A stretch of 64,000 nt of DNA. Origin: Minutocellus sp. GHC0000111. Taxonomy: Eukaryota. Positions within the stretch are counted from its first letter, which is position 1. Every line of letters starts with the position of its first letter. The position numbers and the translations under genes are program-made. Positions 50,101 to 61,900 of the stretch are shown here, piece by piece. The stretch is taken from contig OZ361258.1 in NCBI GenBank assembly GCA_977018835.1, positions 4,836,001 through 4,900,000 of the forward strand, given 5' to 3'. Below the pieces are notes generated by a model, which did not search any database, was not told where the DNA came from, and saw only the letters and a list, made by a program, of their open reading frames with translations.

Positions 50101-51299
50101 TCTCATTCCCGAGGTTACAATCGATATATCATCCTCACGGCGCCTGGCTTGTTTGAAAGGCGCTACGAATTCCATCGATGGTGAAAGGAGAGGAATTTCG
50201 ATGCATTCCACGAGTTCATAGGGTTTCAGATCAACCGTGCGATAGCGCAGGAAGAATTCCGACACCGACACCTTTCGACGGCTGACACTGCCCTGACCAT
50301 CGACCGATGTGAGCACCAGCTTGGCACCGAGGGCAGCCAACATGGGATTCATATCACTAATGGGACTTGCGGTGACCAGGTTGCCACCAAGGCACGCCAC
50401 ATTGCGAATCTGGGAGGAAGCGAACCAACGGAGCATATTCTTGATGGGACTAGCAATTCGCTTCAGTGCCAGGGAGCTCTCAGCGTCCGCCTCGACGGTT
50501 TCACATACATGCTGGAGGGTACTAAGCGGAGCACACGCACCAATTTGGATCGATTCCGACGTAAATGATACATCGTACAAGGATTCAATAGAGTGCGATG
50601 GGTAGATGTACCGAAGATAAAAGGCCTGTTTGAACTTGGTCTCTGGTGAATGGTAGATGTCAGACCAAAAAGCGTAATGAATGAATTGTAGTTGGTGAAA
50701 TAATGAAGAAAAAAGGCATATTAGCTTTCAAAGGAACAGATTCTCAATTCGTAATTCGCACATCGTCTTAACTCGACTCACCAATTCCAACCTCGGTATT
50801 GCCAACGACAATCTTGCATCCACCCTGCTCGGCGTAGGTATACATCAAACCGAGCAATTCCTCCAACGTCGACGGTTTGAACCAAGTCCCACCCCGTGGC
50901 GCCGATTGGTCCATCACAACAAGGGCTGAGGACGAGGACATCAACTTGAGATCATCGGGAAACATTTGATTAGGCTGCTCCAACCAGTCAACGGGGGGTC
51001 CACCTTAGCCTTCTGTGGGGAGAGCTGATAGATAACTTGCCATCTTATCCTTCGAGGAGGTGCAGCACATCTTGTCGGTCTTGGAACCATCACATCCACC
51101 GCAGCATCCGTTACCATCCTCCAGCTTCTTTTCCTCCTCTTTGTCGCTACCCGCACCGCCTCCATCGGCCACGTTGCACTCCAGCGTGCAGGTGTCTCGC
51201 TCGGGACATTCCCGACAGGGCGTACCGCACGGACCAATGGGCTCACCAACCTCGGCCGTGGCGGCATCCGCGCAAACACTTCGGGCGGCATCCCATATG
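47118..51299 (-). pseudogene. XDH: Xanthine dehydrogenase, copy A, lacking the 2Fe-2S domains
   Basis: FAD and molybdopterin domains match copy B. It breaks right after the CRCTGYRP position at the duplication junction. Confidence 0.9.
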
Positions 51300-51987
51300 A
51301 GAATGAGCCAAAGCATTCAGACGGACAATCAATCGTCCATGCTGAGTACTGACTTTGAGATAAATACAAATGCAAGTTCCGGCGTCGGAAGGCCCAGCAC
51401 TGTAGAGACTACGAGGTCGCGGACAGCAGTTTCAGGGACCCGGTTTTCGGGTCTTTGGGCAAAATCTCATAAAAATCAGCACAAACGCACGCAGCAAGCA
51501 GCTGTCGTCCTGTCTTCAAGATGGCGGTGACGGCAGTGCCGACGGCATCCGCTTCACGCAAGGGACAAGCGTGGTATCTCCAGAACGGGTTGGTCCTTGA
51601 CCTTGGACCGACTCGGAGATGTCGATTTCATCTTCCCATGCCAGCGTCTGGCCGATTCACCCCATCCATCGCCCCTCCCGACTTCTGCCAGTTTTTCCGA
51701 TGACAACCGGTCACCTCCTCCACCTCCCGACCCCACCACCACCTCCCAAATGCATTGATTCAAGTAGCCATATGGTTTGAGCTCCGATATCGGTCTCCAT
51801 GGTCCCCATGGTGGCGCATCTCATGCGGTCCGGGTGACCCCGCGCCAAAATCGAGCGGGCCAAAAAAATCATCACCCGCCCGGCGCGCCCGCCACTCAAT
51901 GAAACCTACCTCATTTCCAACCCACCCGACATACAAACTGTTGCTCTACTGCCACAAAATACTGCATCCAACACCATATTAATCCAA

Positions 51988-54895
51988 ATGGCTGTTGCTA
52001 CTGCTGACACCGCAGCTGATGCGCCAGCATGTCGCCGCTCCCGTCGGTCCGGCAGCTCCATCCCATGCTTTGATTATTTTGTCCATCGGAGCGGCACCAT
52101 CGATGCCTCTACGATTCGTGGCAAGTCTCCTGGGATGATCCAGACCATAGCAAACCGGGCATGGGCGGGCCTCTCACTTCAGAAACAGCAGGATGTTATG
52201 GAGCAAGCCCGAGAGGAGGAGCTGTGCTGTCCGAGCCAGACCGGTCCTGATCCGGCACAAGATGTGCCGATTTCTCAAATTCAAATTGCTCGGCGCAACT
52301 CGTCATCCAATAACGCCGATGCCAGCCCTGAGCCGACGGTCGAGGACAATGCTGGTATCGCTGCTCGTCCTGGTGATGATAACATCGAAGCTGGGGGCAT
52401 CGCCGAGTCCATTGTGGTGGATGGAAGCGGCAACAGTGAAGAATCTGGCAATCCTGCCAGTGTCGGTGTTTCTGCTACCGGCACCGCCAATTCTGGTGGA
52501 TCGACCGAGGAGAATTTGGATGTGCTGCTGGTTGAGGCCGAAGCGCAACACAAAGCTGCAGAGGAGGCTTTGAAAGGGCTAAGGGATGCCTTGAAACGAG
52601 AAAAGCGGAAGGATGAAAAGGCCATGGTCGATGCCGAGAAGAAAAGGAACAAAATGAAGGAGGCGATGCGTCATTTGGAGCAGAGGGCACAAATGCGTGA
52701 ACATCTTCGGTCGCACAGGATGCCGACGGATGCACCACCCGAACGCAAGAAAGCAATGAGAATGGAAGATAACATGCGACCTGCCATCAGCACTGGGGAA
52801 CATGTCCTTGTGTCTGCCGACTTCAGTCCCAACATGAATCGGCCTGAGGGCAAGGGATTTGTTATGGTCAGTCGAGGTGTCGGTGGAGGTGCTCTTTGCG
52901 ATGTCCAGCATGAGAAGCCTTTTGGTGGCATGATGCATAAGAATGTGCCTCTCAAGGCCATCACCCCGATCCCACTCGGCCTCAATACCGATTCAATTGC
53001 CAAGGACAGGCGCAAACGGACAGTAGCTGCTCAGGCGGGGATGGACAGTGTTGACAGCGCCGGTGCCAATAAGCGTGCAAAGAGCGATGGCAGTCCGATG
53101 GAGACTCTTGTCGGAAAGCTTTTGCATGGCATGCGACACAGGAAGAAGGAGGCGAATCGAGCAACCAAAGGCAAGAAGGGATTGAACGACGAGGACAAGA
53201 GCATGCTTTTTGCCCAGGGATTGCTTCTGGAAGTGCATTTGAAGAGCACCGGAGGGACGCAGCACTCAAGTAGGAACAGTTCATCGCAGAAGTTTCAGTC
53301 GGATGGGAGGGTCACTATTCGTGAGCTCTGCAGAGCGTGGGGGGAGGGCAAGAATGGGCTGCGAGACATCCAGAAGGAGTCTCGGAAGAATGCCATTGCC
53401 CGGGGCATGCCAGCAGATCAGGCCGAGCTTGCATTTGTCACCCCCGCTCCCAAGGATTCGTCGGTTCGGCCAAAGTCTACCATTGACAATTACAAGACGG
53501 CTGAGCAGTACTTTACTGCTAAGCGCCTGCATGCAATCAATAAGTGCAGAGAGGCAAAGGAAGACTGCTATGATTCTGTATCGAAGGAGGCTGACAATGA
53601 GTTGCTCAAAACGTACCTGACCGAGTGCGACACCATCAGCGACGATGACAAGCAGCTGTGGGAGCTGAAGAGGCGGGAGCACTTGGCAAGGCAGCCGTGC
53701 ATACAGAACGACATTGTTGCGGCCCTTTCCAGCAATCCTCAGCGATCGTTCCGTGGTTTGGAGCAGGACATTGGTCTGTGGTGCTCGCACAAGACGATTG
53801 AGCGGTGGCTCAAGTCATTCGACACCTTCACTTTCTACAAGGAGCGGCTGGTACCGCGCCTGTCGGAGGCTCAAAAAGCTAAGCATCTGGCCTTTGCTCA
53901 GCTCGTGCGGAATTTCTGGAACATTCGGGATGATAACGGCAATTTACCGAATGGAAAGAAGCGAGTTCTCCTCGTGCATTACGATGAGAAATGGTTCTGG
54001 GGTCTCGTCCTCCGAGCTTTTGCGAAGGCTTGCGAGGAAATCGGCGTGAAAAAGCGAGATTACGCGGCCTTTCACAGGAGCCACATCAACAAGGTCATGG
54101 CCATTGCATTTGTTGCCGCTGTCTTTGACGGTTCTCTTGAGAGTGGGTGCGAGGTTGTAAAACTGCCACTGGTACGAGCTCAAGCTCCTAAAATAGCGGA
54201 GCGAGCTCAGTGCGAAGCAGCATCACAGCCTGATGGTTCAATACGGTACCCAAATACCAACCCCGATGGGACACCAAAGGAACCTCTTCGCCGGAAAGGA
54301 GAGTCGTTTCTTGTTGATTGTTGCGTTACTGGATCGAACGAAGGCACCAAAAAGGATCCGAAATGCTCTTTGCTCCTCGTATTCAAGGAGACTATTTTCC
54401 CAGCGATTCTCAACCTTGTCGGTCCGGGCAAGCAATACGAAGATTGCCATGTTATTATCCAGGGCGACCAGGCCGGGCCTCACGAGGACGGAACCTTCAC
54501 GCAATTTGTTACTAACTTCTGTGCTGAATAAGGCTGGACGTGGCAGCCACAGGCACCGCAGATGCCTCACGCCAACGTCCTTGACTTGAGCGTGTTCCCC
54601 GCGATGAGCCGGCGGCACTCGGAATGGGCACGAAAAATGGTAGGCACTAACCCTAACCCTAACCGACCAGATCTGGGACACTGCCGAGGACGTTTACGAT
54701 AGCATGCCTAACTGCAAAATTGCTTCGGCCTTCATTCAGTACTGGAGGATAATGGGCCTGGTGATTAAGGCCGGTGGTAGCGATGAGTTTGTTGGAAGGT
54801 TGGGTGACGAAAACTTGCACACTGGAATTAGGATCGACTTCAACGAAACGGCCAAGGGGATGGAGCCCTCAGCTCGTCATCCTTCTAATAAATAG
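51988..54895 (+). pseudogene. Mariner-like transposase, copy B (same lesions as copy A)
   Basis: Identical 847-aa ORF plus the downstream fragments. Confidence 0.87.
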
Positions 54896-54990
54896 ATAGT
54901 ATTAATATCTTTACACATGTATTAAATAAATGTTACACGTCTACAAATTATTTATAGATCTACATGTAAGATGCAGCAGCATTGGTTTGT

Positions 54991-56127
54991 TTATATCACG
55001 GTGGGCTTCTTTGTTCTTCTATTTCTACCGGTATTCTTTTTTGCCTCCTTGGCCTTCTTATGATCATTAGAAAGCCACACAGCGTGGAGGGACTGACGAA
55101 TCTTTCCGCGCTTCACACCATATGCATCGGCAAGTTTATTGTCAGTGAGGGCAGGGTGAGCAGTTGGTTGTTTACTCCCATCCTCATATCCCAACTTATA
55201 TGCATCTAATGCAATCTTGTCAGTAGATAATGCAATAGAGAATTCTATTGTCTTGTTATCATACAATCCGAGTTATCTGCTTCTCCACCCTTTCGGGTAG
55301 GCACCACGACCCTCTCTTACTTGGCGATCGACTTCGATCATGCCTAGCACTGTGGTGACCGCGACCTCGCTACCCCAACCAGGAACTTGTTTGAAGGGGA
55401 GGTAGACCCCTTTCTCTTTTCTTCTTGGTTCGGGCCTCTGACTACATGTGGGTGACTTGTAGTTCTTTATATCTTGTGGTAGTGGTGCTTCTCCGTACGT
55501 CAAAAAGCACGCAAGCCTCCGATGTTCCTCAACCTCTCGTTCAATCTGTCGTTCGGTTGGTTCGGTTGGAGGCAAGGGCTCCAAGATGGTAGGGGATGAC
55601 AATTGAAGGTTGCTGAACGACGGGCATGAGCGGCTTGGGGTAAGAGCATACTGAGTATGAACTGACATTGGACTTGTTACCATGGGCGTGGCGGAGGGAA
55701 GGTCGAATGAGCTCACGGGCTTTCTCCTCTCGCCGCTTGGCTTTGCGTCGGCGGTTGCTATGCTCATCTCTGAGAATGAATCATCTTCATCAGAATGAGA
55801 TGAAACGGTAGCGGTACCGCGAAAGTCGGCACGCAATATGTCATGATGCAAGTACTTCCTTGCTTGGGCTTGTTCGGCGGCGAAGCCATCCTCTTCGTTG
55901 TACTCGCGTCGATATTTCAACACACGAGGAGATGTGAGGTCTGACGATGCCGGTGGGACCCCTTGGTTGTCCTCCTCGTCATCGTTGTCCTTGTTCTCTC
56001 GATACCGCGGATGTTCCGGCGTTTCGTTGGAAGTTTCCTTCTCATGGCGCGAGGGGCTGAATGCAGTCGCCTCGGCGCGTTTCGGTGGACGCGGTGGACT
56101 GAAGATGTGTCCCTTTGGAGTATCCAT
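54991..56127 (-). pseudogene. Transposon ORF2, copy B
   Basis: Same translation as 43850-44986. Confidence 0.6.
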
Positions 56128-56327
56128 GAGTATGGAAGCTTCTTGAAGCGCCAGTCGGCAGAAGTTGCCCAGTCTATTTGTGGTAATTGCTTGGAGGTCG
56201 GTTGTTGACGGATGTGTTTTGATTTGCTTGCTTTGCCGCGTGTTTTTCAAGGTGCGCGCGAACCGCCGTGTCGGAAAGTCCAAAGACCCAAAAAACCGGG
56301 TCCCCGAAATTGCTGTCCCGGACCTCG

Positions 56328-56433
56328 TATGTCTAGCTCCTCGAAGAGAGTTGAATGCATGCCGACGACAAATGACGGTGCTGTAACCTCGCCTTTTGGA
56401 GATGATGGTTTTGGAAATACATGTAAGGCATAA
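56328..56433 (+). pseudogene. Orphaned 3' end of the GPCR last exon
   Basis: MSSSSKRVECMPTTNDGAVTSPFGDDGFGNTCKA* continues the frame ...GRPSTVET that is cut at the left TA. Confidence 0.7.
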
Positions 56434-56991
56434 TATATACATAACGCAATTCGATAGCTTTGCCAGAGCTAATAACTTCCCTTTGGCACGAACGCACTCA
56501 ACAGTCTTCTTGCTCTTTTCGATAGACTCTACAGCAAAATCATTGGCACAAATAAACACAGGCCTACTACATGTAACAAAACACGGACTGAAATTACTCA
56601 GGCTCAGGCGATGATCCGAGCTCATTGCCGTTGCTCTGACGCCCGCGCGCGTTCTTGGGGTACTACATGTCGGTGAGGTTTGACCTTGTTTTTTTTTCAT
56701 GACCGGCCGTTCTCGCTGCTAGAGAGCCTCACGGACATGCGGAAAGTGGCTTTTCAGTGGCTTTTTCGTGGCCTACTGACTGTGGCATCTTGTGGCCTCT
56801 CGCTTGGCTGACTTTCGTTTCTCGTCCGTGCACAACAAGTCAGTCAATCGGTCACTTCTGGCCGCTGAAGTAATCTCAAAAGGCCGCCACCTCCACCCAC
56901 CTGACCTGTCAGCGGCGGCAGGTCGTTACATGCTTATTGTTGACAAGCCGCGCGGGCAAAGCAGCTGAGCGTGCTACATTACGTGTGCAGA

Positions 56992-58800
56992 ATGCAATCG
57001 AACAACAACGGCGCAGACTCGGTCGAAGGCCCAGAGGCCGACGAGCAAGGCCCGTTCGACTTCGGCTTCGGTAACGGCGAACCGAATGCCGGACCACCGG
57101 AACCTCCCATCGATCAACAGCCCAAATTCTCCGAAGAGGACGAACGGCAAGAATTTTCGGAGCTGACTAGTGTCGAGCTGCTCAAGATTATTCAGCGCGA
57201 CCTTCGGCGTGGAGCAGATTACTGATGGTTTGTCCAACGTTTGCATGGGCCACGGTAAAGGTGGCGAATCGCTTGCAAATAAGGAAGCTCGCAAACGTCC
57301 GAAAATTACTTCGCTCTGGGATCACCTCGATACGCCGAAGGACTCGTTGCCGCAGAGAAAGCTTAGGCCAGCTGAAAGTTTGCTCCTCAAGTTCCTCGAT
57401 GAAGAACTACTCAAGCTACCCGTGGAAGATACCGACATTTACTACGAGGCTTTGATCAAATGTCCTGAAGAAATAAGCCCAGATCGTCGGCTGGCCTTTC
57501 TCAACTATGAAGATGGCAACCCTGCCCGGGCGGCGAAACGGTTGGCCAACTACTGGGACTTTCGTCATGAAGTATTTGGACCATCTCGTTGTTTCCTCCC
57601 CATGACGCTGGCAGGCGCGATGCAAGACGAGGTGCTGCCCATGTCCCAGATGCGCGTCGCCCAACTTTTGCCAACAACGGACGAGGCAGGTCGATCAATA
57701 ATTTACTTCTCGCATGGGAATAGGGACTGGTCGAGGTACCGCCTGAAGCAAGAGTATATGACTATCATTTATCAGATTGAACTTCTCATGCGTATAGAAG
57801 AGATCAGGAAAAAAGGATTCATCTTTCTCTTTGACTGCCGGAACTCCAATAAAAAGCATTAATCTATGACCTCCGCTAAATACATCAGACGGTTTGAAGA
57901 CTCGTTTCTCATCACTATGCGCGCAAATCACATGTGCCATCCGACCAGTATCTTTCATTATGTTGTGCTTCCCGTTGTCAAAGTGTTCCTTCCTAGACGC
58001 ATTCGGTTGCGTACTAAGACACACTACGGAACTATGGAGGGCGTCGTCAATAGTTTGGCGAACTACAACCTGCCGGCGGACTGCATTCCGGAAGTGCTCG
58101 GTGGCAGACTTACTGTCGATACAGCCCAATTTATGGTGCAAAAGGCTTGAGAAGGAGATGAATCCAATGAAGGCAGAGGGCAATGCCAATGTTCCAACTA
58201 ATGAGAAGGCAGAGCCAGATGATGATTTAAAGCCTGCCGCCGCAATATCACAGGATTCAGTTGGGGTCAGTGAACGTAAAATATCTACAAAAAAGCAAAA
58301 AAAAGAAGAAAAGGCCTTACAATGCAAAGAATTCTGGTGACCCTCCCATGTCCAAGGCAATAAAGGCCAAGATTGACAATCCGGACATGTCTCTCTACGA
58401 AGCATTGTTGGTTGGAGGGTTCTCTTTTGCCCAAAGACAAGGGACGAAAGACATAGATGTAAGGGATTCCGATGGCATATCCTCGAAACAGGTGAGTTTG
58501 AGTATTACAGTATATAACGTGATTGATAGAGTTGCAAGAAATGGTTTTTTCTTTCGTCTCTTCTCACATACTTTACAAACAAATTGCGATATTTCGATGC
58601 CAAAAAAAAACTTTCAGCGGAAAAACAGCCTTTGTCGGCGTCTAAGGTTTGAGAAAGAGAAGAATGGCAAAGCAGAAGAAAAGGGAGTTCCCTCGACAAA
58701 TGGTTCCAACGGCACTGGAGGAAAACATCGTGGAAGCAGTTCCGGAGATCTGGACGAAATTCTTGATATTGAGCTAGATAGATTTGACGCGTACGAGTAG
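56992..58800 (+). pseudogene. CRAL-TRIO/Sec14-like protein with C-terminal DP.M..A...NP.MSL..AL..GGF / QRKN.L.RRLR module, copy B; intron 58492-58617
   Basis: AAKRLANYW..R..VFG, LLPTTDEAGRSII, KKGFIFLFD, IPEVLGG. At least three frameshifts and a TAA at 57860-57862. Confidence 0.78.
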
Positions 58801-58926
58801 AATCATGCTGCCGTTTCTAGCTAGACTCCTACTTAGCTATGGAGACATGGCATGATCAGATGATTTCAAATTGGGATTCTATTTTTAAGTTACATAACGC
58901 AATTGCATGGTTTTGCCAAAAAAAAA

Positions 58927-61900
58927 CTAATAACTTCCCTTCGGAACAAATGCATCAATAGTCTTTTCGCTCTCGGAAGTTCCGGGCATGTCTAGGTCAA
59001 AATATTCATTGCTTTTGAGATTTTCTGCACGGGCCGCCATTACGGCGTCCTTGATGGCAAAGAAGACCGTGGCGCCCAAGAAGAATGGAGGTTCACCGAT
59101 GGCCTTGCTACTGTGGACGGCGAAGGGGTTGTCCACGTCCTTCATGAGGGAGACGTTGAAAGATTCGGAGACATCATTGAAAGCTGGAATCTTGTAGGTA
59201 CCGGGGCCTGAAGTGAAGACCTTCCCAGTTGGGCGGATCCATGTGTGGTCCTCGTCGGCAAAGACCACCTCCTCCATCGTGCTCCAACCCATGCCTTGGA
59301 TGAAAGCGCCCTCGATCTGGCCAATGTCAATGACCGGATTGATGGAAGACCCTACATCGACCACGACATCAGACGCAATGACGCGATGGTTTCCTGACAG
59401 AACATCAACTTCAACCTCGGAGCCCGCAACGCCCTGAGTAAAATAGTTGAAGGGCTGACCCTTGCAAGAGTTAGTCGGGGCATCAGCGGGATAGTCGGCT
59501 GGCTTATCTTTCTTGAAATCGTAGCCACAGCGCTTGTCCATCAAGGTAAAGAATCCTTGGGCGGAGAGATTTACCCGGTCCCAATGCGCGGCCTGTGCGA
59601 TGGCGCTAAATTTTGCTTCTTTGCCAAGCTTCTCACGGTATGGCTCGAGACGCTTGATGATCTGACTGCATGCATCAAATGTTGCCATGCCGTACATATC
59701 GGTCGACATTGATGCAGCAGTGGGAATGGTATTGGCTACCTTGTCTGTACTCGTATCGTTGATGTAGACATCCTCGAGAGGGATTCCGAATGCCTGGGCA
59801 GCGACCTGGCACACCTTGGTATGTAAGCCTTGTCCCATTTCCGTTCCACCGTGGCTCACCAAAACAGTACCATCCGTGTATACATGGACAAGAGCCCCTA
59901 CCTGGTTCATGGACTTTTCAGTGAAAGCAATGCCGAACTTGGTAGGGACGAATGCAAGACCTCTCTTCTTCCATTTGTTTGCAGAGTTGAACTTTTCTAT
60001 TGCTTGGCGCCTTGCGATGATATTCAGCTCGGCCTGGAGATCACCCCACATCTTTGGCACATTCCATTTGAGCCCATTGCCTAAGATAGTGCCAAAGGGA
60101 GTACTCTGAGTGGCATCGTACATGTTTGTACGCCGAAGGGTATCGATAGGGACATTACAGGCAAATGCTAGGTGTTCCATCACATGCTCGCAAGCAGCGA
60201 TTCCTTGCGGACCACCAAATCCACGAAAGGCCGTATGAGGAGGCTGTGCCGTCTTGCAAACCCGGCCGATGGCACGGAAATGCGGCCATTCATAGCAGCC
60301 ATCGATGTGAAATAGGGCTCGGCACATGACGGGACCTGAGAGGTCAAAAGCACTCCCACCGTTATTGTATAGCTGCACATCGAGCGCTTCTAGACGTGCT
60401 TTGCCGTCAGCATCGATACGGGCAGCAGCACGGTAGGTAGTTGTGAAGGCATGGCGTCCACCAGTAATGGACATGTCAACGTCGCGGCTGAGAGTGAGCC
60501 TCACAGGGCGATTGCTGATCTTGGCGGCAACAGCGGCGGCGCAGGCAGAGAAAGCGCTGCGAGTCTCTTTACCACAAAAACCACCACCCATCCGCTTCAT
60601 TCGCACAACAACCTTGCTCGCCGGTGTATTTGTTGCGGATGCGCAGTATCCTTGTGTCTTTGTGGGTGCTTGAGTTGAAGAGTAGATGGTAAGGTTGGTT
60701 GCAGATTCAGATGGGACGGCAAGCGTTGCATTAGTCTCGAGGTAGAAATGTTCTTGCCCTCCAGAGCGGAATGTGCCCGACACGGTAACAAGCTTATCGC
60801 CGTTATCGGCTTTTTCGGCTTGAGCGAAAGCATCATCAACAGATCCACGCTCAATGGTTTCGGTGGCGAAGTTATAGAAGCTGTTGGCTTTGATAGCCTG
60901 CAGCATAAACGAAAAAGTAAGAGATGAGTTGAGCATGAGAGATTATCGGCAAGAAAAGAAACAGAGCTACTGGCGATGCCAACACAGTCAATGAAATTAC
61001 AAACCGTACCTGATCGATAGTTACCACCGCATCGTTGTTTGATTCCCCGTACTGCACAGCAACACTCTTTGCCCCAAGCTCAGCAATCTCGAGGCTTTCG
61101 GCAACACAAATTCCAATGGGCTGGCCAACAAAGACAGCCTTTTGTCCAACAGGCAAGAAGCAGAACTCATCCTTTGTAATGGGGCCAAGGATATTGTTGC
61201 CACCAATCGTTTCCAAATCTTCATAAGTGTAGACTGCCTCGACACCGGGGATCGATGTGGCCGGGGTCACATCAATACTCAACATCTCCACATCACATTG
61301 AGTCGTAAGGACGAGTTGAGCGTGAAGAGTGGAAGGCGGCAAGGGGATATCATCGACGTAGAGCGCTTCACCGGTGCAATGCAAAGGACCCGATGCGTGC
61401 GGCTTAGCTTTACCAACTTCATCGGTGTCAGTAGCATGCTTGGTGACAGTTTCCTTGGGAGGCTCGGCATCCTTATGGCGTCCTTCGAGACCGGTGGCCA
61501 CTTTCGGAGCTGGATATTTCTGAGTTCCGCCAATACTCGGTTTCGGGCCAGAGACAAATGATACAGCACCACTCTTTTCTTCCTCAGCAACAACCGGCGC
61601 TGCGGGGAGCGACTTGCCTGAACGGCCAATGTCCGCTTCGAGTTCGCCAACACAATGCAAATAGAATTGGTACAGATAGGATGAGGCCAACGCCCGGCGA
61701 TACTCAACTTGACCACCTGGAACATCTTCGGGCAGGAAAAGTTCATCCATGAGAATTTGAGACGCAGCGCGAAACGTATCAGCAGCGAAAGGTTTTCCAA
61801 TCAACGATGCCGCCGCCTTAGTTGCCATCACCGTGGTCGGTGCCATCCCGCCAAAGGCCATCGAAGCCTCCTTGACGATGTATCCGTCGCCCTCCGGTGC

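Larger units (their letters stand above)
51412..56327 (+). mobile_element. Same mariner-like transposon, copy B, retaining both original flanks
   Basis: Same TIRs; TA at 51410-51411 and 56328-56329. The flanks rejoin as ...ACT ATG TCT AGC..., an open GPCR tail frame. Confidence 0.93.

Noticed and set aside
51005..51375. New chimeric XDH start created at the duplication junction
   Set aside because: It would lack both 2Fe-2S clusters and hits the in-frame TAA at 51005-51007; no sign of function.
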